Origin: the human T2T-CHM13v2.0 reference genome, Homo sapiens
Reading direction: 5' to 3' (one strand)
Length of the DNA stretch: 64,000 nt
Assembly: GCF_009914755.1 (NCBI RefSeq)
Contig: NC_060928.1
Shown: piece after piece, positions 24,138 through 38,129 of the stretch
Numbering within the stretch: the stretch's first letter is position 1
Layout of the letters: each line of letters opens with the position of its first letter
Translations under genes and position numbers: made by a program
The notes under the pieces: model-generated
Told to the model about the DNA's origin: nothing
Seen by the model: the letters and a program-made list of their open reading frames with translations, nothing else
The model's database searches: none

Positions 24138-27100
24138 TCCATAACTTTTCAAGCTGGAGCATGGGTTTTATGTGGTATATAAGCTTATCAATCATATAAA
24201 TACCACTCAGTTTTTCAAGGGAGTAACTAGCATGATAAGCAAAAAATCCACATCCCTACTACTGTGAACAGAAAATGTGTATATTCACAGAGTGACAATT
24301 TTGGGGAGACTAGCAAAAACAGAAGTTCTTGACTCTAGAAGTCAAACTTTTTATTGCTAGGAGGCAGTAGGGCACTCAGATCCTATACACCATTATATTA
24401 AATTACTAAAGGCTTTGATTTCAACTCAACTCCTTCCCCACGATTGTAAATAACAAAAAAAGTGCCTATCCTGGCTCCTCACCAATATTTATCTTAGAAG
24501 TGGATTAGGAGGGAGTAATTTAAGCATTTTATGACCACAGTATATGAACATTTAGAACTCTCTTCCTTTCTCTACTTCTCATATAGTAAAAGATCATGAA
24601 ACAATGCCCACAATGCTATCTCAGGGAAACCCTGAAGGCCTGCCTTGAGTCCTGAATATCTCTTTTGGTCTTTGACATAACAATTATAACTATATTCTTC
24701 AAAGACCACAAAGCACTTTCACTAATGTGGTTTCAATCTTCATAAAAAGGAAGAGAGTTGGTAGAGTAATGATTAGTTTTTCATTATTTCACAAATGAAG
24801 AAACATTATCAAAGAGGTCAAGGTCACACAGTAAGTGGTAGGTCTTTTTTCTTTAATTTCTGTGTCTCTTCCATATACAAAATAGTTGCTATGGAAACTA
24901 GATTTGGTTGTTTTTGAAATATCTTTCAATATAACACTGTTCATCATTTAGCATTAATAAACTCACCCTGAGATTTATAATTAATATCTGAGTCTTCCCT
25001 GAGAGCAAAGTATTTGTAATGGCTAAAAACAACAATAACAACAACAAAACCAGGGTAAATCAGGTAGCTTAGTAGAATGTTGAATCATGAAAGAATTAAC
25101 AACAAATTGCATGCACTTCACAATTTTTTCTCATACTCTTCTTTACTGGGACTAACACTTGGGAAGGAACCTTAATCTTAGTGCTAAAGCAACAGCTTAG
25201 GTTTTAGTATTTCTCTTGCTGGAGAACTCTACTGTTGAAGGAGATAAGTCATTTTAAGCATCTTGCTTATTTTTTCTCTTCTTTCTTATTTGGGTCCTTC
25301 TTTTATTTAATAAGCAATTGTAATGTTTAAAAATGTAAGCAATCTCACATATATGCAGCCAAGATATGTTTCTAAAATTATGCCTAAAAAATGTAGGTTA
25401 TTACAATGATGTAAATAATCCTTGTGCTCTTTATCTTTTGATAAAAAGAAATGCTCAGTTTCCCAGAGTCTTCCTGTTCCCCAATTCTCTCCCAGGGCAT
25501 CTGGGGGAAGGAAGACTTTCCCACCTCCTTGCCTAGGTGAAGATCAGCTCCTCATCACTTGTGATGCTCCTCTTTCCTTCAGTCTTCCTGACAATGCCTC
25601 TCTCTGCCTGGGTGCTGCTCACCTACTGTACTTGTAGCAGAGGGCCTTATCTGGTGGAGCTCATGGTCTGGTTTATTTTGGTTGGCCAGAGCCCAGTGTT
25701 GCTCTACTGATCACTTAGCTCACTTTAGCTCTAGTTATCACAACAAACCCCATGTCTCTCATCTGGCCTCCTGCTCTGATGGTCCATCTCAAGCTGAAGA
25801 TCTTGATACATTTCACCAATTCAGACCCTGTGAATGGGAATGTTATTTGGCTCTCAAGTCACCTGATTGCTCAGTCATTCCCCTTTGCCCTGCTTGCTCT
25901 ACCCTGCAAAAAGGAAATGAGATATTTAATTTCTGCCTTGGCCTTGTAGTGATGGAAAGCTGCCTTGAAAAGCTAAACTCCATGCCTAACTTCTGTCTAA
26001 CCACACTTTGTTGCCACATTAAACTCTGGTATGGGTCTGCCCTAGATTGGGCAGAAGGGCCTGTGGTTGGGCTATTTACATAGACCCAAATAAGACTCCA
26101 TAGCTTCCTCTTCTAGAGCATCCCCTCTTTCCTAACACTCATTCCTGGCTAAAGTCAAGCAGAAGACATGAAGACATTTAGATATGAGTATTTTCTACTT
26201 CTCCTTCTCCCTTTTTCCCTCCCATTCCACAACCCCCTACTACCAGAGGGATGGACTTTTTCCCCTTCCTCTGTGTCACATTCTCTTCTTATCATCATAC
26301 AGCAAGCCCTGGCAGTCACAGGCAGAAGGGATAGATGTTACCATTGTGTCAGAAATCTGAGTCTTCTTCAGCCTTTAAGAAAAAAAAGAAAAGGAATTTA
26401 GAAAATTCTCTACCCTAAACAGCTTGGCTTTTAAGCTTATTGTCTTGCTTCAAAGTCCTATTTTAAACATCGGGGAGTAAATAGCAATAATCTTGATCGA
26501 TATTTCTCTGGCCACTAATCATATGAATGTTTCGGGTCAATTGAGAAGAAGGTCTTAGAAGGAGATAATGTCATAGAGATATAAAGAAGTTTAAACCAGA
26601 AGGCTAGCCTTGGATCTGGGTGGAAAATTCCAATGTCATTTATATTTACTTTTATTGCCAAAGCTGAAGGTCATGGTTGTTGAATGAAAACATCTGTTTA
26701 CTCTCTTTCTGGACACCCATTTCTACCATCACTCTTTCTGAACTTTGTTACATGTTTACTGAATAATTTGTAGCACTCTTATAACTTCAGGGTACCACGT
26801 GCAAAGTAAGTGAAAAACTCATGGTTTTTTAGGAGTCAAGCACTCCCAGACATGTGTTATGCATTAGTAAAAACACGCAGTCACGCTTCCTGTGCATGTG
26901 CACCATGTTTGCACTGCAGCCAAAAGAAAAGGAAAAAAAATGCTTTTCGTTCTATGTGGACATGTTCCAGGTAGAATGACACCACACATTTCAACTTTAT
27001 TTCAAAACTTCTGCCTTTAAAAGGAAAATAAAGAAAGAAATGTTTATTCTTAATCTTATGGGATTAAAATCTACCTCGAACACCACACAGTAATTGGAAA

Positions 27101-29394
27101 GACCCAAAGGACCAAGCCAGGTGCATAAGCCATGGGGTCAGAGTTGCCTGTTTTCTTCTGAATTGTTATGATTAGAATAATTAAACAAGGAAGTTTAATA
27201 GCAATTTAATAGCTTGTTGACAAAGTTATACAAGCTAAGTTTAATATCTGTTTGGACACCTCATGTCAAATAATATTCTCAAGAATCTGAAAAGTTCAGT
27301 AAAGTTAATTGTAAGGCCAATTTGTAAAAGTCTTCTAGAACTAAAAAGATAATTAAAAAGAATATGTAGAACAAGAAAATAGTAGGAAGCAGAAGTAAAA
27401 TAATATAATTTTTTTCTCTATCATAAACTTAAACATCTGCTTCCATATGTTTATTCTATAATCTCAGAATTACATAATTAGTTACTCTAAATGTAACATC
27501 AATATTACATGATATTCTGTAAAGAATATAATGAATTCTAAGCATTATGTCTTTTGAAAATGAGAACCTGTGCTTTATAAGACTTTTTGGACTTTAAATC
27601 TCTGTAGGAAAAATAAAAACATTTCCATTGTACTTTGAGGATTTTTTAAACAAAAAATTACAGCTAGATGGTATTATTTAGTCTAAATTATTTCACACAT
27701 GATAAAATTAAGGGCCCTCTGAGATTATGCAATTTTTTCAGGTCACATGTAGTTGGTGAAATATCTAGAATGGGAATTCTGTATTTTCTTATATCCCTTG
27801 CTAATATGGGGGTCTGATCACAGGTTCCTTAATTCTCTAGGTTATTGCGTATTTGGATTAAATTACTGGGTTAACATGATAGATGAATAATCATGCCTCC
27901 TGTGCCTCCACCCAATGAAGCCAACAATTACTACAAAAGCTAGTATCCACAATATAAATTCAAAGGCCATAGTCAGAATAGATTTTTCATCTGTATTGAG
28001 AAGCACAGTTTTTGAGGCATACCACATACTCTAGCTTTTGAACCATATGCCAAAGGAAATATGAAAATACTTTGTTATCTCTCCTCTCTATGCCTTTTTC
28101 AGATTAAAGAGCTCTACTGACCATCAGGAAATGTTATCATTCCTGAACAGACCATGTAGAATTGTCTTTGCCCATTGGAATTATCCTACTTCTCCTAGAC
28201 ACATCCTGCACCATTACTACTGCTCTTTCTCTATCCAGGCTTCTTTATGAATGCAACATATTGTATAAAAGCGGTCTGGAGAAAGCACAGGGCATCCTGG
28301 TATGCTTAGTGTGAACAAAGGAAACGTATTGCAAGTGTGGATGGAGTTAGCCTGTGGGAACAGTTAATGAGGAGGTCTAGTCCCATGTGTTATGTTGCTT
28401 AATTAAGAACTGCATATTGCATGGCTAGGTGCTATGCATGAAAATAGAATTTAGCTTTAGCTACCAAACAAGCTCCCAAGTAGACAGAATGGAAGCTTAA
28501 GGCTGTTCCACTCACCCTATCTTTTGACAAATGCAGTATCAGAAACAATTTTATATAAGAAAAAGGAAACAAGAAGAAACTAAAATGGGGCCTATAAAAC
28601 AATACTGCAATATAAGGGGGGGAAGACAACACCCGAAAACATAAAAGAACATAACTTTTTATAAGAAACAAATCATAATTTTAGAAAGCAATTGGTTCAT
28701 TGGTCTTCTCCAGGTGTATGAATAGAATAGCCTCTATGAAATGGATGCTTTGACCCATTACGGCTAAAGTAAAGGCTGAGCTCCAAGTGGAATCCCAGTG
28801 AATGAACAACTTACACAATAAACTAGGAATATAATAGTAAAAACAAGCAAGCAAACAAGCCAACAAATAAAAACTCAAAATGGAAATAGTAAAGACCAGA
28901 ATTGACACTCTTGACGTCAAATCAGCAATCTGGACAACTTCTAGATACTTATCAAGAGACCCTAGAACAGGATAACAAAACAAAAAGATACTTCTTGAAC
29001 CAAAATAATAAAAATCAAAGATATAAAAAATAGATGGTAGTAGTTTTTCATTTAATTAATATTTTGAGTACCCATTAGTCTTTAAGCATATATATTGGGC
29101 AAATTTAAACACAAAAAATCAGGATGGCTTAATAAACATCAAAGAAGCCTGAGACCTGACAGAGAGGATAATTTTTTATGGCCAGAAGGAAAATTGCATA
29201 GTCAAGGAATACCTTAGCATTAGATAATATAATATCTTAAAAGTTAGAATCATAGAGAAAATGAGAAGTCATCACTTCAAGGAACTTGGAAGTGCCAATC
29301 TAATCTAAGGGAGAGGAATGCATAAAGGTTGGGGCATCATCCATAGTGATACCTGGGTTCCAAGTTACAGAATACTAACTAACAGTGGCTTAAG

Positions 29395-29545
29395 CCCTTG
29401 CTACTCAAAGTGAGGTCCACAGACCAGCAACGTGGGCATCACTGGGGTGTTTATTAGAGATGTTGAACCTCATGGCCCACTGTGCCTACTGAAGCACAAT
29501 CTACATTCTAACAAGATCCCCAGGTAATTCATGTGCACATTATTC
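29395..29545. mobile_element. MER5A hAT-Charlie element
   Basis: gctactcaaagtgaggtccacagaccagca...ttctaacaagatccccaggtaattcatgtgcacatt. Confidence 0.8.
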
Positions 29546-29567
29546 ATTCATAATCAGTCGTATACTT

Positions 29568-30093
29568 CAGGGGCCCCTACCCAAGGGCCACCAATCAGTA
29601 ACAGTCCATGGACTATTAAGGAACCAGACCACACAGCAGGAGGTGAGTGATGAGCGAGCTAACAAAATGTTATCAGTTTTTACAGCCGCTCCCTAGCGCT
29701 TGCTTTACTGCTTGAGTTCTGCTTTCTGACAGATCAGCAGAGCATTAGATTCTCATAGGAGTGAGAACTCTATTGTGGACTGCACATGCAAGAGATCCAG
29801 GATGTGCACTCCTTATGACAGTTGAATACCTGATTATCTGTCACTGTCTCCCATCACCCCTAGATGGGACTGTCTAGTTGCAGGAAATCAAGCTTAGGGC
29901 TCCCACTCATTCTACATTACGGTGAATTGTAGAATTATTTCATTATATATTACAATGTAATAATAATAGGAAAAAAGTGCACAATAAATGCAATGTGCAT
30001 GAATTATCCCGAAACTATCCTCCAACCCCAGTTCATAGAAAAATTGTCTTCCACAAAACCAGCCCCGAGTGCCAAAAAGCTTGTGGACCACTA
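29568..30093 (+). mobile_element. MER1A hAT-Charlie element, full length
   Basis: 526 bp, cagggg... and ...ggaccacta termini, 8-bp TSD gtatactt/atatactt typical of hAT. Confidence 0.88.
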
Positions 30094-32355
30094 ATATACT
30101 TGACATGTGAAGAGTATTTAGAATAATAATATTAAATGAGGTAAAATTATATTGCTGTACATTCTACATACAAAGAATATCTTTTTTTGAAAGTTTATAC
30201 AAGACTTACAAAATACATGATGGCCTAGGAAACAAAGTCTTATTAACTCCAAAGAGCAGAAATTGTAAAGTTATATAGTCTGAAAACTAGATTAAAATTT
30301 AATTATACAGATTTAAACAAAGAAATTAACCAACCAACCAGTAAAAAAACACAAACTTTCATTAGCTATTGCTTTACAGAATAAATTAAAAATGAAATTG
30401 TGGACTTTTTGGGAAGTCATATACTGAAGTTTATAATATGCTCTCATCTGTACTAACAGGAAAAAGCTTAAGTTATTTAATAAGAAAAATTATAGCCTAG
30501 ATCTTTAACTTAAGGAAGTAGAAAACCTATGACAGTTTTGTGGAAAAAGACAGTCCAAGATATACATGCGTGGTGGCAAAACTGATTCAACTGAGTTTTC
30601 ATTTACTTAGCTTGTAAATAATATTCTTCAAGTACCTATGGCATTGTCATTTTTCTTTAAACTGGTTTAGAAGCCAATTATTACTCAGGTAGTGCTGCAC
30701 TGCGTTCAGCTGCTCCTTGATGGTTAAAATCTTCAATTACCTGAAAAGTTGAGGCTCAGGCTAGAATTGCCCACTCACTAAATAGAGGGCTGCAGAAGGG
30801 TTTTACTTGTACTTATAGATGAGCCTCCACTGGGACAACCTGATGATCTTCCCAGAAATGAGGGAGGAGAAGAGTGTCTGATTCTTTGTGTTACTTCCTG
30901 AGGGCAACTAATGTGGGTCTGTGGTGACATAGAATCACAATATTTTTCTGCCTTGACTTGGATTCAAAGAAAAAATTTCTTGTGAATTTGTGTGGACAAA
31001 TAAAAGGCAAATATGTGTGATTTTCTAAACAAAGAGAGAATTTTAAATAAATGTGTGCTTATCATATGTTCACTTATCTTACTGTAGATGTTTGATATTT
31101 GTCAGAACAGGTGCCCAGCCCTTGGGATACTTTGCTTAAGAATAAGAGAATATAAAAACTATTAATCACATATGTTCCCACAAGGAAATACAAAAATATT
31201 ATATGGTTGTGCCAGAAGGTTGAAATAAATAAAGCTAGTGAAAATAAGAGCCAAGTCTTGTTGGGCTTCAGCAGAGAGCAGTGTCTCTATGGGAGATAGT
31301 GATCTATATAGAAAATGTAGGTGAGAATTGTTGTTAGGTGTGTTTCAACAAAGCTTGTGAAAAATTCTGATTGGGGTGGGAAAGAGCAAAACAAAGGAGG
31401 GTACTTTCTTTTCCTTAGCTAACTCTGTTTAGTCAACTCTTATTACTCAGTTGAAGCAAGAAATAAAAATGCCAAGATGAACTAGAGACACTTACTGCTT
31501 TTAAGGAATTTAAACTCTAAAAGTTAATGTAGGGAAAAGTTAGATACATGTTTTATTACAAGCTTAAAAAAGACTTATCACATAGGTCAAACCAGAGTGA
31601 CTGAGAAATCTCCATGAATAAAGTAATTTAAACTGGGCTTTATATATTTTGACAAGTGGGCATATGAGGGAAAAATAATTCCAACTGGAGAAATACCTTC
31701 ATAGAAGGGACAATGTATGGGGCATATTTTGGCTGGATGTATAGTGTGTGGAGGCAGTAGGGGAAGTAATTTTAAAAAGCAAGTAGAATCTAATTAATGT
31801 ATTACTTCAAATGTTATTTGGAACAGTTTGGATTTCAAGGGTGCCCACTTTCACCACTTCTATTCAACTAGTACTGAAAATTCTAGCCAGAACAATTAGA
31901 CAAGAGAAAGAAATAGAAAGCATCTGAATTGGAAAGAAAGTAACATTGTCTGTGATTTCAAATTACATTATCCTATATATAGAAAACCCTAAAGACACCA
32001 CCAGAAAACTGTTAAATGAATTCAGTGAAGTTATAGAATATAACATCAACATTAAAAAAGTCATATTTCAATACAAGAACAATGACTGATTCAAAAAGAA
32101 ATTGAGAAAACAATTCTATTAAAATAGCATCAAAAGGAATAAAATACTTAAGAAATAAATTTAATAATGAAGTGAAAGATCTGTACACTGAAAACTACGA
32201 AAAAACTCATGAAACATATTGAGAAAGACAAATAAATGGAAAGATATCCCATGTTCATGGATTGGAAGAATTAATATTGTTAAAATTTTCATATTACACA
32301 AAGTGACCTACAGATTCAATGCAATTTTTATTAAAATTCTGATGGCATTTTTAAC

Positions 32356-33973
32356 AGCCTGCATAGAGCTTGCACACTCTGCATCCCTGCAGAGTTAGCA
32401 CCATGTGGACATTGTCAAGGTTTGTGGGTTTTGCCTTTTGGAGTAGCAGCCTGAACTGCACTTAGGCTCACTTGAACCACAGCTGGGGTGGCTGAGGAGT
32501 GCTGTCCTGGAATGAAGGTAGCAGAGACATAGAGTGGCCCTGAATCATGAATCCCAAGGCTTTATGAGAGTTCTGGGACCTCTCTCAAAATTGTTCTGGC
32601 CTCAAATTCCTGGCAGTCTGAGTCTATGATGAGAGGAAGAGCCTCAAAGATCTCCAAAATGCCTTTGAGGTCATTCTTCCCTTCTTTTGATGAGTAGCAC
32701 CTGGCTTTACACTATCCATACATATTTCCTTATAAAAGGGTCACTTGGCTGCACCCTTGGTTTTCTTTCTTTGTTTACATAGCCAGGCTAAAAATTTTCC
32801 AAATCTTTACATTCTGCTTTCCTTTTTAATTATAAGTTCTATCTTAAAACTCTTTTTCCTTTTACATTTTACTATAAGCAGTTAAAAGAAGCCACATAGC
32901 ATCCTGAAAGCTTTTCTGCTTAGAGATTTCTTTTGCCAAATATCCTAGTTCATTGCTCTTAAGTTCTGTCTTTCATAAAGTCATCGGACAGGAATGTAAT
33001 TCAGTAACAAGGATGGTCTTTCCTCCAGTTTCCAGTAAGATATTACTTATTTCTGTCTAAAATCTCATCAGAGTTGTCTACTCTGTCCATATTTCTACCA
33101 ATATTCTCTTCCTGTCCACTGAAGTAATCTCCAAGAATACCAAGGCTCTCTCTACAGCTCTCCTCTTCTGGGCTCTCACCAGAATTACCCTTAATGCTGC
33201 AGCCACAGCAGTATATGATTTTTCTGGCCTACTCCTCCAAACTCTTCCAGCCTTTGCCCATTACCCAGTTCCAAAGCTGCTTCCACATTTTTAGTATTTT
33301 TTTTTTTTTTTTTTTTTTTTGAGGCAGAGTCTTGCTCTGTCGCCCAGGCTGGAGTACAGTGGCGTGATCTCGGCTCACTGCAAGCTCCACCTCCTGGGTT
33401 CACGCCATTCTCCTGCCTCAGCCTTCTGAGTAGCTGGGACTACAGTCACCTGCCACCACGCCCAGCTAATTTTTTGTATTTTTAATAGAGATGGGGTTTC
33501 ACTGTGTTAGCCAGGATGGTCTCGATCTCCTGACCTCGTGATCTGCCCACCTCGGCATCCCAAAGTTCTGGGATTATAGACATAAGCCACCATAACTGGC
33601 CTCATTTTTAGATTTTTTTTATAGCAACAACCCCACATCTTGGTACCAATTGCTGTCTTAGCCTGTCTGTGCTGTTCTAATATCTGATAATGGGTAATTT
33701 ATAAAGAACAGAAAATTATCAAGACCAAAGCACCAGCAGGTTTGGTTGTCTGGTGAAGGCTACATCCCTTGGAGGGGAGGAAGACTGTGTACTCACATGG
33801 AAAAAGGTGGAAGGGCAAGCAAATGCTGTGTGCAGTGTCTTTTGTAAGGGTGTTAATTCCATACATGAGAGAGGCACCCTCATGACCTAAGCACCTCTTA
33901 CAGGTTTTATCTCTTATTACTACCACATTCACAACATGCGAATTTTGGAGGGGACACATTTAAGCCATAATCA
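32356..33973 (-). mobile_element. MST-family MaLR: internal segment plus one LTR (about 33653-33973)
   Basis: MaLR internal text (ccagcctttgcccattacccagttccaaagctgcttccacattt, ttggtaccaatt) followed by LTR ending gggacacatttaagccataatca. Confidence 0.75.
33297..33601 (-). mobile_element. AluY
   Basis: Diagnostic gcaagctcc, ttcacgccattctcc, gtgttagccaggatggtctcgatctcc; long T tail. Confidence 0.93.
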
Positions 33974-36350
33974 TTCTATATGTTCCAAAAGCTAGAGGAA
34001 TGACTGAACATGTTACATAGAAACATACAAATATAACAAAGGTCCTAACTGAATAGCCAAAACAATTTTGAAAAAGAACAAAGTTGGAGAACTCACACAT
34101 CTCTATTTTAAAATATATCATAAAGCTATAATAATTAAAACAGTGTTGTATTGGCATTAAAGCCATACATATAGACCAATGAAATATAGAGCTCAGAAAT
34201 AAACCCTTACAAATATGGCCAAATGATCTTTGACAAGAGTGTTAAGACCACTCAATGGGTAAAGAAGAGTCTCTTCAATGAATGGTATTGGGAAAACCGG
34301 ATATCCACAGGCAAAAAATGAAGTTGGACCCTTATCTTACACTACATACAAAAATTAACTTAAAATGGGTTAAAGACTTAAATATAATACTCAAAACTAT
34401 AAAACTCCTAGAAGGAAACGTAGGAGAAAATCTTCATGACATTAGAGTTGGCAATTACTTATTGAATATGACAGCAAAAACACAGGCAGCAAAAGCTAAA
34501 ATAGACAAATGGGACTACATCAAACTTAAAAACTTTTGTTTATCGAAGTACACTGTCAACAGAGTGAAAGGGCAATCTACAGAATGGAAGAAAATATTTG
34601 CAAATAATATATCTGGTAAGCGGTATATCTAGAATGTATAAAGAACTTCTACAACTCATTATCAAAAAAACAAATAACCCAATTTAAAAATGAACAAAGA
34701 AATCGAATAGACATTTATCCAGAGATGTTATACAAATGGCCATCAAGGATATGAAAAAATTCTCAACTTCACTAATCATCAGAGAAATGCAAGCCAAAAC
34801 CACAATGAAGCATCACCTCACACCCATTAGGATGGCCACTATATTAAAAAAAAAAAAAAACAAGTATTGGCAAAGATATGGCTAAATTGGGACACCATGC
34901 ACTGTTGGTTGGGTTTTTAAATAGTGCAACCACTATGGCAGTATGTATAACAGTATGGTGGTTCCTCCAAAATTTAACAATTAAATTACTATATCATTCA
35001 GCAATTCCACTTCTGGGTACATATTAAAAAGATTTAAAATTAAGGTCTTGAAGAGATATTTGCATACCCATATTCATAGCTGTACTATTCACACTAGCCA
35101 AGAGGTGAAAGCAACCTAAATGTCTAACAGATGAATGGTTAAAGAAAATGTGATAGAGTTGAATATTATACAGCTATAAAATGAAATGAAAATTAACCAC
35201 GTGCTACAACATGGATGAACCTTGGGAATATAATATTAAGCGAAATAATCACAAAAGAACAAATACTGTATGATTCCCCTTATAAGAGGTATCTAAAGTA
35301 GTCAAATTCATAGAAATGAAAAGTAGAATGGTGGTTTCTGGTGGGGTAGGAGGAGGAGACAAAGAGGAGTTATTGTTTAATGGAAGTACTGTTTCAGTTC
35401 TGCAAGATAAAAAAGTTTCAGAGATCTATTTCACAATAATTTAAGTATGTTTAACATTACTAAACATTATACTTAAAAATTGTTAAGATGGTAAATTTTA
35501 TGACAGGCGTTTTTTGTGACAATAATAGATTCAAGTTGAACTTTTAGACATCTGGAATAAAAAATACAGTGGATGAGATTAACAGCAAATTGTATGTTAC
35601 AGAAAAAAAGATAAAAGCCATTCAGAATTAAATACAGGGAAAAAACTGAAAAAAGCATCAGTGCGAGGTGAGACAACTTCAGGAGGCCTAATATATGTGT
35701 AATTGTAGCCCTAGGAAGAAAAGGAAAACATTTTTAGAAGATAATGGTTAACATTTTTCATATTTCATGAAAATCATAAACTTACAACTTCAGGAAGCTC
35801 AATAAGCCCCAGGTACAAACAATAAGGAGAAAACTATGTCAAGGCACATCATAGTCATAACCAATGTTAATGAGAAAAATTTTTAAAATATTGGTGATGC
35901 TTAGCAGACACAAGTAAGCAAGACAATAGATTTATTACTGGAAATAGCACAAGAGAGAACAGAGTAGAAAGCATTGAAAGAAAATACCTTTCAATCTAAA
36001 ATTCTATACCCAGTGAATATCTTTCCAAAATGAAGGTGAAATAAAGACTATTTTCAGCATGTAAAGGCTGAAAGAAGTAATCACCGTCAGATTCACAGTA
36101 CAAAAAATACTAAAGAAAATCCTTCAGGCAGAAGGAAAACTGACAGTGGCAGCAATAAGATCAGTAGTTGTGTTGGGATGGGGAAGACAGGGAGGGGCAG
36201 GAATAGGAATCACAGTGTGGCACAAAGATCTTTGTGGCATAATGGACATGTTCATTACCTTGATTGTGAATATATATAAACAGTTATCAAATTGTACACT
36301 TTATATCTGTGCAGTATATTGTATGTCAGTTACGAGTCAAAGAAGATTTT

Positions 36351-37385
36351 TTCTTATTTTTTACTTTTTAAAAAAATTTTACTTTAACTTCTAGGATACA
36401 TATACAGAACGTGCAGGTTTCTTACACAGGTATACATGTACCATGGTGGTTTGCTCCATCTATCAACCCGTCATCTAGGTTTTAAGCCCTATATGCATTA
36501 GGTATTTGTCCTAATGCTCTCCTTCCCCTTGTCCCCACACCCCTGACAGGCCTTGGTGTGTGATATTCCCCTCCCTGTGTCCATGTGTTCTCATTGTTCA
36601 GCTCCCACTTATGAGTGAGAACATGCAATATTTGATTTTCTGTTCCTGTGTTAGTTTGCTGAGAATGATAGCTTCCAGTTTCATCCATGTCCCTGCAAAG
36701 GACATGAACTCATTCTTTTTTTATGGCTGCATAGTATTCCCTGATGTATATGTGCCACATCTTCTTTATCCAGTCTATCATTGATGGGCATTTGGTTTGG
36801 TTCCAAGCCTGCTATTGTAAATAGTGCTGCAATAAACGTACGTGTTCATGTGTCTTTATAGCAGAATGATTTATAATACTTTGCCAAAAGCAATGGCAAC
36901 AAAAGCCAAAATTGACAAATGGGATCTAATGAAACTAAAGAGCTTCTGCACAGCAAAAGAAACTACCATCAGAGTGAACAGGCAATCTACAGAATGGGAG
37001 AAAATTTTTGCAATCTATCCATCTGACAAAGGGCTAATATCCAGAATCTACAAGGAACTTAAACAAATTTACAAGAAAAAATCAAACAACCCCATCAAAA
37101 AGTGGGTGAAGGATATGAACAGGCACTTCTCAAAAGAAGACATTTATGCAGCCAAAAAACATATGAAGAAAAGCTCATCATCACTGGTCATTAGAGAAAT
37201 GCAAATCAAAACCACAATGGGATACCATCTCATGCCAGTCAGAGTGGCGATTATTAAAAAGTCAGAAAACAATAGATGCTGGCGAGGCTGTGGAGAAATA
37301 GGAAAGCTTTTATAATGTTGGTGGGAGTGTAAATTAGTCCAATTATTGTGGAAGACAGTGTGGTGATTCATCAAGCATCTAGAAC
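36351..37385 (-). mobile_element. L1PA, 5'-truncated with 5' inversion (twin priming)
   Basis: Minus-strand 3' end 36351-36883 joined to plus-strand ORF2 C-terminal segment 36884-37385; 13-bp TSD caaagaagatttt (36338-36350 / 37386-37398). Confidence 0.92.
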
Positions 37386-38129
37386 CAAAGAAGATTTTAA
37401 AAGGCCTACATATACCTTATGAGATTGATCAGGGTAATTTTTCGTTATTACTCTTCTAACAGGCACCAGGCTGGCTTTACCTTCCTGTGTTCAAAAACCA
37501 AAAAAACAAAAAACAAAAAAAAAACCCTTATGGAAAGTCTTTGATTAAAGGCAATGAATCATAAAGTTATCTTTTAAAAACATTGTAAACTTAAAAGGCA
37601 AAATGGTTTGATATGTTACAGAAAAAACGATAGAAACTATTCATATGGTTTCTATCCAGTTTCTATTCCAAAAGTCCAAAAGTTCAATTTGAATCTATTT
37701 TCTTATGGTGGCAACAAACACCTATCATAAAATTTACCACCCTAGCATTTTAAGTGTAATGTTCAGTAGTACTAAACATACTTAAATTATTGTGAAATAG
37801 ATCTCTGGAACTTTTTTATCTTGCAGGACTGAAACAATATTTTCATTAAACAAAGATAGAAACTACTTCCTTTACAAGGGAAAGAAAATTATTTATTTTT
37901 CCATGTGAGTTAACATTAAAAATTTCTCTGGAAGGCAAAGAACTCTGATTCATGCAGTGACTGATATTCCCTTTCTAAGAGCAGCTCTTAACAAAGGAGG
38001 AGAGTGAAGGAGTGGAAAACTAAACAGAGGGTGACTATATGTCCTAATTTTTCTGGGTCCCCGATGGCTTGTGTCCCCTGTCTTACCATAGTTATCAATA
38101 ACGAAGCCATTCATTCTTAAAATTGTACT

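Larger units (their letters stand above)
31835..35530 (+). mobile_element. L1MB-type LINE (ORF2 3' half and 3' UTR) interrupted by a MaLR
   Basis: ORF2 remnants at 31835-32355 and 34045 onward (KLDPYLTLHTKINLKWVKDLN, DKWDYIKLKNFC), then an L1MB-like 3' UTR. Confidence 0.85.

Noticed and set aside
25422-26401. Several 65-133 aa ORFs in unique-looking DNA
   Set aside because: No recognisable motifs or ADH similarity, no convincing splice structure, mostly non-ATG starts.
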